From assembly GCA_963422735.1 (NCBI GenBank), contig OY730476.1:768001-832000 (forward strand): a DNA stretch of 64,000 nucleotides, read 5' to 3'. Positions 51,268 through 61,000 of the stretch are shown here, in pieces; within the stretch, counting starts at the first letter, position 1; the number at the start of each line of letters is the position of its first letter. Both the position numbers and the translations under genes were made by a program. Under the pieces are notes generated by a model that worked only from the letters and a program-made list of their open reading frames with translations, searched no databases and was not told the origin of the DNA. The DNA comes from Candidatus Latescibacterota bacterium (GTDB lineage Bacteria; Latescibacterota; UBA2968; UBA8231).

Positions 51268-54200
51268 TCACGACGAGAGATCAACGGAGTACGGCCTATT
51301 CTTGCCCTCGCAAAAATACAGGGCCTTGAATCGGTCCATTTGTTTGATTTTGTCGATCAAGACTCGTTCCTGCTGCGAGCTCGACACATTCCGTACAAGC
51401 GACTTGGCCTCCGCTTCGGTCAACCGCAAAACGAGATAGTTGGCGATGGCCGAAAATACCGAGACGTCGAAGTCCTTCGCCTCTTGCGAGGCAAGCACTA
51501 GCGAAATACCGTATTTTCGGCACTCTTTCGCCATGGTGGGAATGAGCTTTAACCCTGCGGCTCGATGCGCCTCGTCGAAAATCAAAGCGTGCGTGATTCG
51601 ATCTTGGATCCCTCGGCGGAACATGTCTTTGTAGAGACCGTAAAACACCAACGACGCAAAGGCTCGCTGAAGGTTGTCATTCTGAGTCATGTGAATCCGA
51701 ATGACGGTCGGCTGCTCGCTCTCCCACAGACTACTGTGGGACTCACGGAGATCGAAGAACCCGTAATCTTCAAGTTCTTCCAAACGCGCAAGCAGCGTCC
51801 GCAACCCGCGGTCCGGTTTTGAATCGTCGCGCAGAATCTCGACGAAGCGACTGAACGTCGGTTCCGGCAAATCCGGGGCAGCCGCGTTGGCGTTTCCCCA
51901 CCCTACCTCAACGAAGCTTTCCTTGATGGCCCCCCGAATGCGCTCGGCCTGAATGTCGCCGAGTTCTGGGTAGATGGCTGCGAAGATATCCCGCACCGCG
52001 CCCGCCACATCGAGATGCGCCATCCAAGACTCTCGATCGACCACCTCCAGCGGGTTGAAGCCCAAACCATCAAAATCGATGAACCGAACCGAATCAGCCG
52101 ACTGCCCAAGTCGCTCGTCAATATCCTGATGATAGGAAAAGACGATCGGGCGAATACCGGCTGCCATCATCTGATTGCACAGGTTCAGCAGGCAGGTAGT
52201 CTTGCCCATACCGGGCAGCCCCGCTATCAGAAGGTGAGGGTTGCCCTGTACGGTCAGTGGCCATCGAACTTCTGTGTTGGTAAAGGGATCGGTGCCGAAA
52301 CAGATCGAGGGGGCAAACACAACGGCGTCTTTCGGCTCTCCCCCGCAGGCATCCGCATTCTCAACAGCCATATTGCCGACAGTTGTTACCGTGCTTTGTT
52401 GAACGCCTAGATCGCCGTTGTGTTGATCATGTTCCTGCTTCAACGGCTCGGGAATGTGCGCGGCCATTTCAACCCGCAAGCCCGAGTCCGGCAGCAGGCC
52501 GGGACCGCATAGGAATACCTTCGTGCTCCAATTGTCCGGAGAAATTTTCAACGGATCCGCCCCGGCATACTCAGGGCAAAACACCCAGCCGCGGTCGCCG
52601 CTTTTGTCCGTGTCCAGCCTGTAGTCGCCGCCCTTTTCGATCATGCGGTCAATCTCGGCCGCGAGTTTGGTATGCCGTGCGGCCGGTAAATGGTGCCTAC
52701 GCGCCTTATCTGCATAGAAGTGCAGTACCCGGGCCAGTTTGGCACGACGAACTGCTCTGAACGCAGAGCACTCTTCATGCGAATACCAGTCGTTCCAACG
52801 CTTGCTCACCTCAGCGGTCTGCTCCTGAATGCGGCGCAGGATGTCCGGGGACCTTGCAGCGCGTAGATCCCGACGGTATTTGACCTCGACGAAGCGGAAC
52901 ATCAGTCCCTTTCCCGGTGCCGTGGTCACGTACATCAGGTCCGGCCGCACCTCCTTCTCATCGCCGTCCTCGTCCGTCAACGGCGGCAAGAGATCCCGAA
53001 CATCATCGACGGGAACGATGAAACCGCGCTCCAGCGATACCCAGCATGAATCCGTCTCCTGTGCCTGCTGGCAATTTGCCTGCGCAACGGCGAGCGCGAT
53101 CAGTTCCGAAGTCGGCGGTTTGTCTCCAGTGAGGCGAATGGCGAGCCGGCCGCTGAGGGCCTTCAGATGCTCCAAGAGGAATTCCGCGTTGCGGCGGCTA
53201 CGGCTGAGCCCCATCTGATCCAAGGCATCATCAAGTAGGACGCGTACCTCCTCCAAATTGCTGGTAGAGGTAATTAACTGTAAGCAGCCCAAGTCCTCCC
53301 GCTCTGGAACGCAGTCAATCACGTAAGCATCGTAGATTGTCCGATTGTCCCGTGGGGAATCGAAGTACTCGATGCCGGCGTTCCGGTCCAGCGTAATGAC
53401 CCAATCGCAAAGCCGATGGAGCTCCCTGAGGCCACCCTCCTTTTCCCGCGACACCTCTGTGTACAGCACCGGCAGCTTTCCACTCACGGCACCGACATGT
53501 CGCGCCACAGCATCCTGTATGGCACCCTGCAAGTCCGCCAAGCGTTTAGTATGTGCGCGGTCCGCCGGGTGCCTTTCGCCAGCTTGCGCCAGCGGGACTG
53601 TGCTGCACCATAGCGGCGCGGGCCTAGCGGCGAAGTCGCGCACGTAGAACGAGAGCAGGCCAAACGCATGGAACATCCCGTCGCTCGGCCTCTCCCGCTC
53701 GGCCAGCCTTACCTGCGACTCGAAGGTGTCAAACGCGACCGCAACGTGGGCTGCGGTCTTAGGATCAAGCTCATTCTTGCGTGCCCAGCGCAACCTCGGC
53801 ATGTTCACGCCGCCGGGCAGACTCAGGGATTCGAGCATCCATTGATCGTCAGGTGATACCGCGCCGGCACCACTGCGCCGCCGTTCCCGCGCCTCGGCGA
53901 TGAACCGCCCGGCAATTCCGCGTTGCTCCTCAGAAGGGTACATTTCCAGCGAGAAAACGGGCGCACCCCGAGATTGCTCTTCGGAAACATCCTCGTCATC
54001 GGCCCGGCGCAGGCGGTCATGGACGCGGCCCAGCGACCGGGCGATGGTCAGGCCATCTCCCGCCCGAAGGGCGTGAACGCGGAGTAGGCGGGACGTGTTG
54101 TGGCAATCCAAGTACTTGACGACCTCGTCACCGACCACCTCTGCGCTCTGTCCCCCTACTGTCGGAGCGGCGTCCATGGACTCCCCTTCCCCCAGCGCAC

Positions 54201-56256
54201 GGGCGAGAATCGCCACCGCCGCCTTGGGCTCTTTATCTGTATCGGGGACCATGCCGACCGCATGAAAGCCAAGGGTGTCTGCAAAGACAAACGATCCGCC
54301 GTCTGGATTCGGGAGAAAAGCCGGAAACATGGCACCATCCAAGCACTGGAACTCGTCTTTTACGTCTTTTGGCTTTTGACCCTGCTCAAAGGCCGCGTGG
54401 AAAACGAGATTGTCATACGCCGCATGCCACGCAACGCGCAACGGGTGCATCGGCAAGACGATGAGGCCAATCATCCGCCCAGCAAGGGACTGCACCTCTA
54501 CAGTGTTGCACCGCGCCAAGGATGGATCGCCACTCTCCAACAATGCAGTCCAAGCGCGGGTGTACCCTTTGACCGAATCAAAGGCTTTCGCCCTATCGTC
54601 ATAAACGTGCCCCACCACACCGCCGCCCTCGCGGACGCAGTCGGCTAATTTTCGGCTCGCCACGGTGGCTTTCTCCCATGTCGGCCCTTCATCCTCATGG
54701 TGAATGAACTCCACGTCTCCCGCTCGGGCACCGGACGCACGCACCTTGACGCGCCAGCGCCCAATGGCTCCGCCTCGCTCCGTCCACTGCTTTTCCACGT
54801 CGCGGAGCAGCGGCGGGCAGGGGACGCGAAAACTCAATCTTTTTGTACCCACAGATGTGCGTAACAGCACGAAATTGCTCTTCGCATCAAAGCTGAAATT
54901 CGCCGGACGGTCGGCGATGGCGGACGCGCTCTCCCGCTCATCGAGCTCGACCAACCCCTCGCTGAACGCACGGACCTTTCGGCCAGCCCCTCCAGCGGTC
55001 TTTTCGGGTGGCTCGCCAAAGCGGATGATGAACTCCTCGCTCTCTTGCGGTTCGACTGCGTCGTTCCCCACCACGGAAACCACCACTTTGGCGGAGACCA
55101 GAGAGTCTTCGTTCAGCATTGAAAAGTCATCGTTGCTGAACCGGCACTTCTCCTCTTTTCTCGCCGCGTGACTCACGTTATGCACGGATAGCTCTTCATC
55201 CACGCCGGTTACTATGGCAACGCGGTACTCTACGGCATTCTTTGCCAAATTGCCGGGTCGCGCCTTCCAGCGGACCTCCAGCTTTGAATAGTCCGACGAC
55301 GACATGGGCTCGGGCTTCAGGATCAGAACCGGTAGTTGCTGGCTGAGGTCTTCAACCAGCGATTTCACTTCGGGTTCTAATCCCGACCACTTGGCTATCG
55401 CGCCGTTCCGGTTGCGCCAAGACGTAAGTTCGATGGCTTGAATGTCATGGGCACTCTCTATCTGCAATGCGCCCACCCATAGTTTTTGCTTGTCGGCCAG
55501 TGCCGCCAACGCCGACAGCAGCGATTGGGTTTGTGCGGTGTGCAGAAAAACTTCGAGATCGCGGCGTTGCTCACCTGTCGGCTCCGCCAGCCGCAGCGAC
55601 TCAATACGCACCGGGATAGTCAGCCCAGAGGCCGCCGTTCTCAACAGGTGATCTACAAATCGGCGCGAGTAGTCCAAGACTTCTTCGTCCAAACCGGCGG
55701 ATTCGGCGACCGGCCACAGGCCGAGCAGGTAAAGATACGCGCCCGGATGCCGTTTGTGCGCTGCGATGCGGCAGAGAAAGTCGAATGCGGTCCAAGGCGA
55801 AACGCTGTACTGACTGCCGGATCCCTGCGCCTTTTTGATGGCCCGCTCGGCATATCGGCGATGGGTGCTCGACGACCGGCGCGTCCCCTCGGCACCAGCC
55901 AGTCGTCGAGCTTCCTTGAACAGGCTTGTCTCATCTACTTCCCGCGAGGCACTGTAGATGCCATCCATGCCGGCACCGGCAAGATGGGTATCCACCAGCA
56001 ACAGGGCGGCATCGCCTTTGGCTTCGCGCATCTCGACAGCTTGGTCCGCGGTAATGGTCCTCAGGTCTGTATCATCCGCATCCGCCACCCGCTGAACCTG
56101 CCAATTTGGTACGCGGAAGTTGTCGTCCGCCGCGAGCTTTGTCACCACATCCGGCGTCAGGCAGCGGACGAAGGCCATAGCCCCGGTTTCGGCTCGGCCA
56201 AGCACCTTCTCAAACGCCTGCCCGAGGATTTGCCCATGTAGTTTGCTCCATTCCAT
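51268..56256 (-). CDS. DptH/DndH-like protein: large N-terminal region, PD-(D/E)XK nuclease motif, C-terminal HerA/FtsK-type ATPase
   Basis: 1662 aa; RPDL..FVEVK; NPHLLIAGLPGMGKT, IFDEAH, ECRKYG..LASQ. Confidence 0.75.
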   Translation of the reverse strand: MEWSKLHGQILGQAFEKVLGRAETGAMAFVRCLTPDVVTKLAADDNFRVPNWQVQRVADADDTDLRTITADQAVEMREAKGDAALLLVDTHLAGAGMDGIYSASREVDETSLFKEARRLAGAEGTRRSSSTHRRYAERAIKKAQGSGSQYSVSPWTAFDFLCRIAAHKRHPGAYLYLLGLWPVAESAGLDEEVLDYSRRFVDHLLRTAASGLTIPVRIESLRLAEPTGEQRRDLEVFLHTAQTQSLLSALAALADKQKLWVGALQIESAHDIQAIELTSWRNRNGAIAKWSGLEPEVKSLVEDLSQQLPVLILKPEPMSSSDYSKLEVRWKARPGNLAKNAVEYRVAIVTGVDEELSVHNVSHAARKEEKCRFSNDDFSMLNEDSLVSAKVVVSVVGNDAVEPQESEEFIIRFGEPPEKTAGGAGRKVRAFSEGLVELDERESASAIADRPANFSFDAKSNFVLLRTSVGTKRLSFRVPCPPLLRDVEKQWTERGGAIGRWRVKVRASGARAGDVEFIHHEDEGPTWEKATVASRKLADCVREGGGVVGHVYDDRAKAFDSVKGYTRAWTALLESGDPSLARCNTVEVQSLAGRMIGLIVLPMHPLRVAWHAAYDNLVFHAAFEQGQKPKDVKDEFQCLDGAMFPAFLPNPDGGSFVFADTLGFHAVGMVPDTDKEPKAAVAILARALGEGESMDAAPTVGGQSAEVVGDEVVKYLDCHNTSRLLRVHALRAGDGLTIARSLGRVHDRLRRADDEDVSEEQSRGAPVFSLEMYPSEEQRGIAGRFIAEARERRRSGAGAVSPDDQWMLESLSLPGGVNMPRLRWARKNELDPKTAAHVAVAFDTFESQVRLAERERPSDGMFHAFGLLSFYVRDFAARPAPLWCSTVPLAQAGERHPADRAHTKRLADLQGAIQDAVARHVGAVSGKLPVLYTEVSREKEGGLRELHRLCDWVITLDRNAGIEYFDSPRDNRTIYDAYVIDCVPEREDLGCLQLITSTSNLEEVRVLLDDALDQMGLSRSRRNAEFLLEHLKALSGRLAIRLTGDKPPTSELIALAVAQANCQQAQETDSCWVSLERGFIVPVDDVRDLLPPLTDEDGDEKEVRPDLMYVTTAPGKGLMFRFVEVKYRRDLRAARSPDILRRIQEQTAEVSKRWNDWYSHEECSAFRAVRRAKLARVLHFYADKARRHHLPAARHTKLAAEIDRMIEKGGDYRLDTDKSGDRGWVFCPEYAGADPLKISPDNWSTKVFLCGPGLLPDSGLRVEMAAHIPEPLKQEHDQHNGDLGVQQSTVTTVGNMAVENADACGGEPKDAVVFAPSICFGTDPFTNTEVRWPLTVQGNPHLLIAGLPGMGKTTCLLNLCNQMMAAGIRPIVFSYHQDIDERLGQSADSVRFIDFDGLGFNPLEVVDRESWMAHLDVAGAVRDIFAAIYPELGDIQAERIRGAIKESFVEVGWGNANAAAPDLPEPTFSRFVEILRDDSKPDRGLRTLLARLEELEDYGFFDLRESHSSLWESEQPTVIRIHMTQNDNLQRAFASLVFYGLYKDMFRRGIQDRITHALIFDEAHRAAGLKLIPTMAKECRKYGISLVLASQEAKDFDVSVFSAIANYLVLRLTEAEAKSLVRNVSSSQQERVLIDKIKQMDRFKALYFCEGKNRPYSVDLSS

Positions 56257-56257
56257 A

Positions 56258-58054
56258 TCAGTTCTCCATCGCCGGCTTGAAGCGAGGCTCCAGCCGCTTC
56301 ATCGCTTCCGCATCGTTGACGCCCACCAAAAGCCCTAAATCGCGCAGACGCCGCTCCAGAATCGTGCGATTCCTTTGCAGCAATTCGTTGGAGATCGTCA
56401 TCCCCGACGGGGCGGTATCCACGTGTAATCCATAGCGTTCGCGCAAGACTTCGAGAAACTCCCGGAACGAAAGAGGGCGAACGCCCGGTTTGTTGCCACT
56501 TCTCAACAAGTGCAGATGCACCAGATAGTCCAGCACCGAATCAGTGAACACTAGGGAACGAACATCGCGTTTCCGGCGCGTTGTGCTCCCACCAAGACCG
56601 CGCGTCGTCGTCCTTCTAGCGGCCAGACCGTTTGGACGACCGGTGAGCAAATTCGAGTCGAGCATCGCCATGAAGTGGCTACGAGGCCCCATTAGCACCA
56701 TCAATCCATCGGCAAGCCGCCAGACCGGGTTTTCTTGGCTGGTATCGTTAGTCAAGATTTCCGCGAATTCGGGGTAGTCGTCCGCTAGTTCCTCGGCCAG
56801 TTTGTCGGCATCGTCTTCTATCCTGTCCAAAATTCTTCGTGCTTGCGGATGGCGGTCGTGCAGCAAGTCCCCCAATAGATTCAGCCAATCCGTGGCATAA
56901 GGGCGGGTAGCAATATCCTCCCTTTTGATTCTTTTATTGTCCCGCGCCCGATAGTCCAATAGCCGCAGTACCATCAAAAGGACGGGAAAACGCTCCATAC
57001 GCCGCCTATAGTCATCCATCGACTGCTCGGCCGCGTCCCGGATGCTGCGCTCGATCCCATTAGAGCAATCCACGAACAAAGGGGCGGGTAGCTGTTCATC
57101 GCGGTGCGGGACAGTACCTGTCTCCGACCACCGCAACAACAACTCGACTGTGCTAGTAAAAATAGTCGTCAGACCAATGGCAATACAGGACTCCAGCATT
57201 TCCACCAGAGCGTATCGCGGCACTGGGTTTGCGTAGGAGCGCACAAAGCGGCGGATGTCCTCGGAGAAATTCCGCGCCACTTCCTCTGCTATGGGGCGTT
57301 GATTGGAGATTGTGCCGCCCTCCTTACCCCGCATCTTGTCCGGTGCCGTCTTGAGTTGCTGCGCGAGCCGGATCATCAACAGTTGGTCCAGTCCAACGGA
57401 GTCGTCTTCCTCCTTGAACCGATCCGATGCCAAGTCGCTCAAGACCCCTCCACGGCGGGTAACGCCTTGGCCGAAGGCACCCAACAAAACGTTCTCCTCG
57501 TACTTTTTCCCCACCGGGAACCATGTTTTTTTATCGTCGCTCTGTCCGACTAACTCGCCCTTCTGATCGGCCAGCATGGCTACGATCATTTCGGGAACGT
57601 AACGGAGGTGCGCCACTGTCTCTGGAAGATCTACCCAACTCGCCATGTAATGGGCTGGGGCGACCCGCTGGATTTGCTGGTCGCGACCGAGATTGTGCTT
57701 GATATTTTCGAGACAGAAACAGAGCAATAAATCGCCAAGGATGGCTTTCTCGGCTTCGCCCTCGAAACCGCACAACTCTACTGTACCGGAAAGCCTCTCT
57801 GCGATGCGTTCTATGGTCGCTGATTGTCTTATTCGGCTAGGCGATCCATCTTTATCGCCGAAGGTTTCTAGAAATTTTCCCTTCCCTCTCCGTTCACCGA
57901 AGCGGAACATATAGAAGACCGCGGGAAGAACCGCGGAAAGCTCAAAAATCTGTACCGAGACCGGCAATACCTTGTCGTAGTTACTGGACCAGATTTCTCG
58001 GGTCATGCCGGGGCCCAGTACGTCTTCGACGAGTTTGCGCACATTATCGGCCAT
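56258..58054 (-). CDS. DptG/DndG-like protein of the defence operon
   Basis: Position between F-like and H-like genes; C-terminal FREFL..LRERYG..D..L..LGLL...ND resembles the DptG C-terminus. Confidence 0.55.
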   Translation of the reverse strand: MADNVRKLVEDVLGPGMTREIWSSNYDKVLPVSVQIFELSAVLPAVFYMFRFGERRGKGKFLETFGDKDGSPSRIRQSATIERIAERLSGTVELCGFEGEAEKAILGDLLLCFCLENIKHNLGRDQQIQRVAPAHYMASWVDLPETVAHLRYVPEMIVAMLADQKGELVGQSDDKKTWFPVGKKYEENVLLGAFGQGVTRRGGVLSDLASDRFKEEDDSVGLDQLLMIRLAQQLKTAPDKMRGKEGGTISNQRPIAEEVARNFSEDIRRFVRSYANPVPRYALVEMLESCIAIGLTTIFTSTVELLLRWSETGTVPHRDEQLPAPLFVDCSNGIERSIRDAAEQSMDDYRRRMERFPVLLMVLRLLDYRARDNKRIKREDIATRPYATDWLNLLGDLLHDRHPQARRILDRIEDDADKLAEELADDYPEFAEILTNDTSQENPVWRLADGLMVLMGPRSHFMAMLDSNLLTGRPNGLAARRTTTRGLGGSTTRRKRDVRSLVFTDSVLDYLVHLHLLRSGNKPGVRPLSFREFLEVLRERYGLHVDTAPSGMTISNELLQRNRTILERRLRDLGLLVGVNDAEAMKRLEPRFKPAMEN

Positions 58055-58061
58055 TTGTCAT

Positions 58062-61000
58062 CTACTCCTCCAGTCGCTGAATAATCATCTGTTGCTGAAC
58101 ATCGGCGCCGGCACCTTTGACGATCGCCGCAGAAACCTCGTAGATCGCCTCGTCCTGCATGTGATTCCAAGCCAACACCTTGCGGTCATCCTCGCGCACC
58201 AACCGTTGCACAAAAATCGACAAGTGGGCAAAGGTGTCATCGGTCGATACATCGCCCAACTGGTAGCCGTCGCTCAGTTCCAAAAGCAGGTGAAACAGGT
58301 CGGCACCGAGGCGGAGCCGCTCTTTACGCCCACCTCGATAGCGGTAGATCAAAAAGGCTTGGCGATGCAGCCGGTCAAGTCCTTCGGCTTCGGCTGGCAG
58401 GTCCGCTTCAAGCCGAAAGCTGGTCAGTGGCTTCTCCACCCAGAACGCGGTTTCCGTGGGCGTTCGCGGCGTGATGCGTAGCGGGACTACACCGGGGCGG
58501 TCAAGTGCTTGGGGCGGCAGACTTTCCAAACGCGCAATCCCCTCGCACAGCCTTCGGCACAGATCGTCGAGATCACCTTCGGCGCTTGGGAGATTGCTAA
58601 ACTCCCGATAATACCGCGCTTGGGCCAAGCCGAGGGCGTAAGGATCTGCGGCGAGCGCGGCGATGTCGTCTGCGGTCCATTCAAAGTAGGCCCGCCGCCG
58701 CGCTTCTTCCAGCGTCAGCCCCGGATAGTGGGGAGCACCTCCCGAGGTATCAACAGAGGGGGTTCGCAGAAGGCGTCGATCAATCTGCGGATGGGCTTCA
58801 AGGGCTGGGTCAAAGCGAATTAGCTCTTGCAACACATCTCCCTGTCGCCCCGGCGACTCCGGCGAAAAGGCGCGTTCCCAATAGGGCAACGGAGCATCCT
58901 CACCGCTGTGATAGTCGCTGCAGAAGTGAACGCCGAACAGGATATACACCAGTGCGGCCCGCAGTTCGCGGACGGTGATGTGGGTTTCGCCGCGCAGGTG
59001 AACGGCTTGCAACATCTCGAACAGTCGTTGCCGAGCGCGCTTGCGCTCATCTTCCGGGGCCATGCCGGGCAGCCCTTTGGGACCAAACCGCCGCATGGCG
59101 CGCCGGACCTCACACCGGTCTTGGGCCGAACACGTCTCGCAAGGTGCCCAAATCTGGGGGGACTTTTCTTTGCCGTAGAGGCTGTCTATCAGCTCATCGA
59201 GAAAGTCGGTTTTAATGTTTGCTTCGTCCGGCACCACGCTGCCAACAAGCGACCGTTGATTGAGGCTGATGAAGCGGATGTGCGATTCGGGCGCGGATTC
59301 CTCGCCATTGAGTAGGTTGTAGAGAGCCTGTGTCAACGGCGTTTCGGCTCTATCAATCCACTCCAAGAGACGCCCATCGTTGATCGCCAGCAGATGGACA
59401 ATGTCTTCGCCGGGCGCACCCTGTTGAAACGGCTGCAAAAATTCATCCAACAGCTCATCGGCGGAACGTCCCTGCCACGACGCCGACCCATCGAGATTCA
59501 TGCGGACAATCAGGCCATCGTCCATCGGATGCTCCAGAATGCGCTCTGAGGAATTGTGTATGCCAAACCCAAGGCGACCAGCAAGGTGCTGCAGCAACGC
59601 GGTTTTCCCGTCGCCGGCGTTGCCGCACAGGATGACGAGCCGGACTTTTCGGCACAGAATGTCGCCATACAGGGCCTCTTCGAGACGGGTTTCAACATAG
59701 GTTTGCTCGGCAAAGTTCGTGTCGAGGCCGCGTGTTTCGCTGTTTCCCCAGCGAGAGCCGGGGTAGGATTGCAGCAAGGATTGCAGCCAACGCACTTCAT
59801 TCTCACGGCGAGCGGGAGGTTCCGCTGGTGGCTCTGCGGATTCATCGGCACTTTCGGCCTCAGTGGCCGAGGGGGGACTCAAAGCGGCCTTCGCTTCATC
59901 CGCAGAAGCAAATCGCTGCTCGGGGTCGGGATCCGTCGCCTTCGCTAGGAATGCGGTGATGGTTGGATAATCCTCGCGCTCGACGCCATCCCAATTCAAG
60001 CCGCGTTCCTTGGCCCGGCTGCCATCGTACATGAACGGCTCCTTCTCGAAGAGCACCTGAAAGAAGCTCGCAGCTAACGCGAAGAAGTCGTCTGCAGGAG
60101 CGGCCGGCCGGTCTTTGGGATGTGTATGCGGGCTATATATGATGGTGCCGGGGATGACCGGCTCCCCCACCTTGGCCACGCAGTCGTAGTCCGTCAAAAC
60201 AATCTCGTCATCGGCAACGATCATGTTGCGCGGGCTGACGTCGCCATGCACCAAGCCGTTGCGATGCAGAACGTCTAATGCATCGCAAACCGTTCGCAGC
60301 CAACGCAACGCCAATGCCTCCCCCGACTCTTCGTGGAAGTCTTCGGCGAGAATCGGGAGCACACCGGCGAGCTCGCTCAAGGGTTCGCCTTCGATCCACC
60401 GCATCAAGGCAACGAAATCGTTGTCGCGCCACTCCTCCGCCGTTTCAAATATGGTCGAAAGCGCTGCCGAATCAGCGAGGTGCGAATGCGCTAAGTTGTA
60501 TGCCTGAAGGACTCGCCGACCCGTTTCTTCGTCGCTGACCACCTTGGCGACGTAGGCCCCGAGATCGCCGCCGGTCGCGCCATCGATCCGCACTACCTTG
60601 AACGTAGTTCCAACCCCGCCGGAACCGAGACGCGAAACGATTCGGTAATCCCGGCCGCGAAAGTTCACGATCTGATCTTCGGTCCAGAATCGGGCCGGTG
60701 GCGCGATGACTGCCGGCGGTTCGCCCAGCAGGTCCAACAATGAGGCGTGGAGTTTTTCCAATGTAGTTCGCGCCGCCGGATCGTCCGCCGTACCCTCGGC
60801 TAGCGCCCTGCTAGCCTCCACTTCCTGGCCGGCCTTGTCGGCCGTGTGGCCGTGTGGCCCCGTACCCTCGGCTAGCGCCCTGCTAGCCTCCACTTCTCTT
60901 CCCTCGAACAGCACGGACAGACTGGCGCACAACGAATACACATCGGATCGACGATCCGCCGCCCCAAGGCCCTGTTTGCGAATCTCGGGGGCCACCGCAA

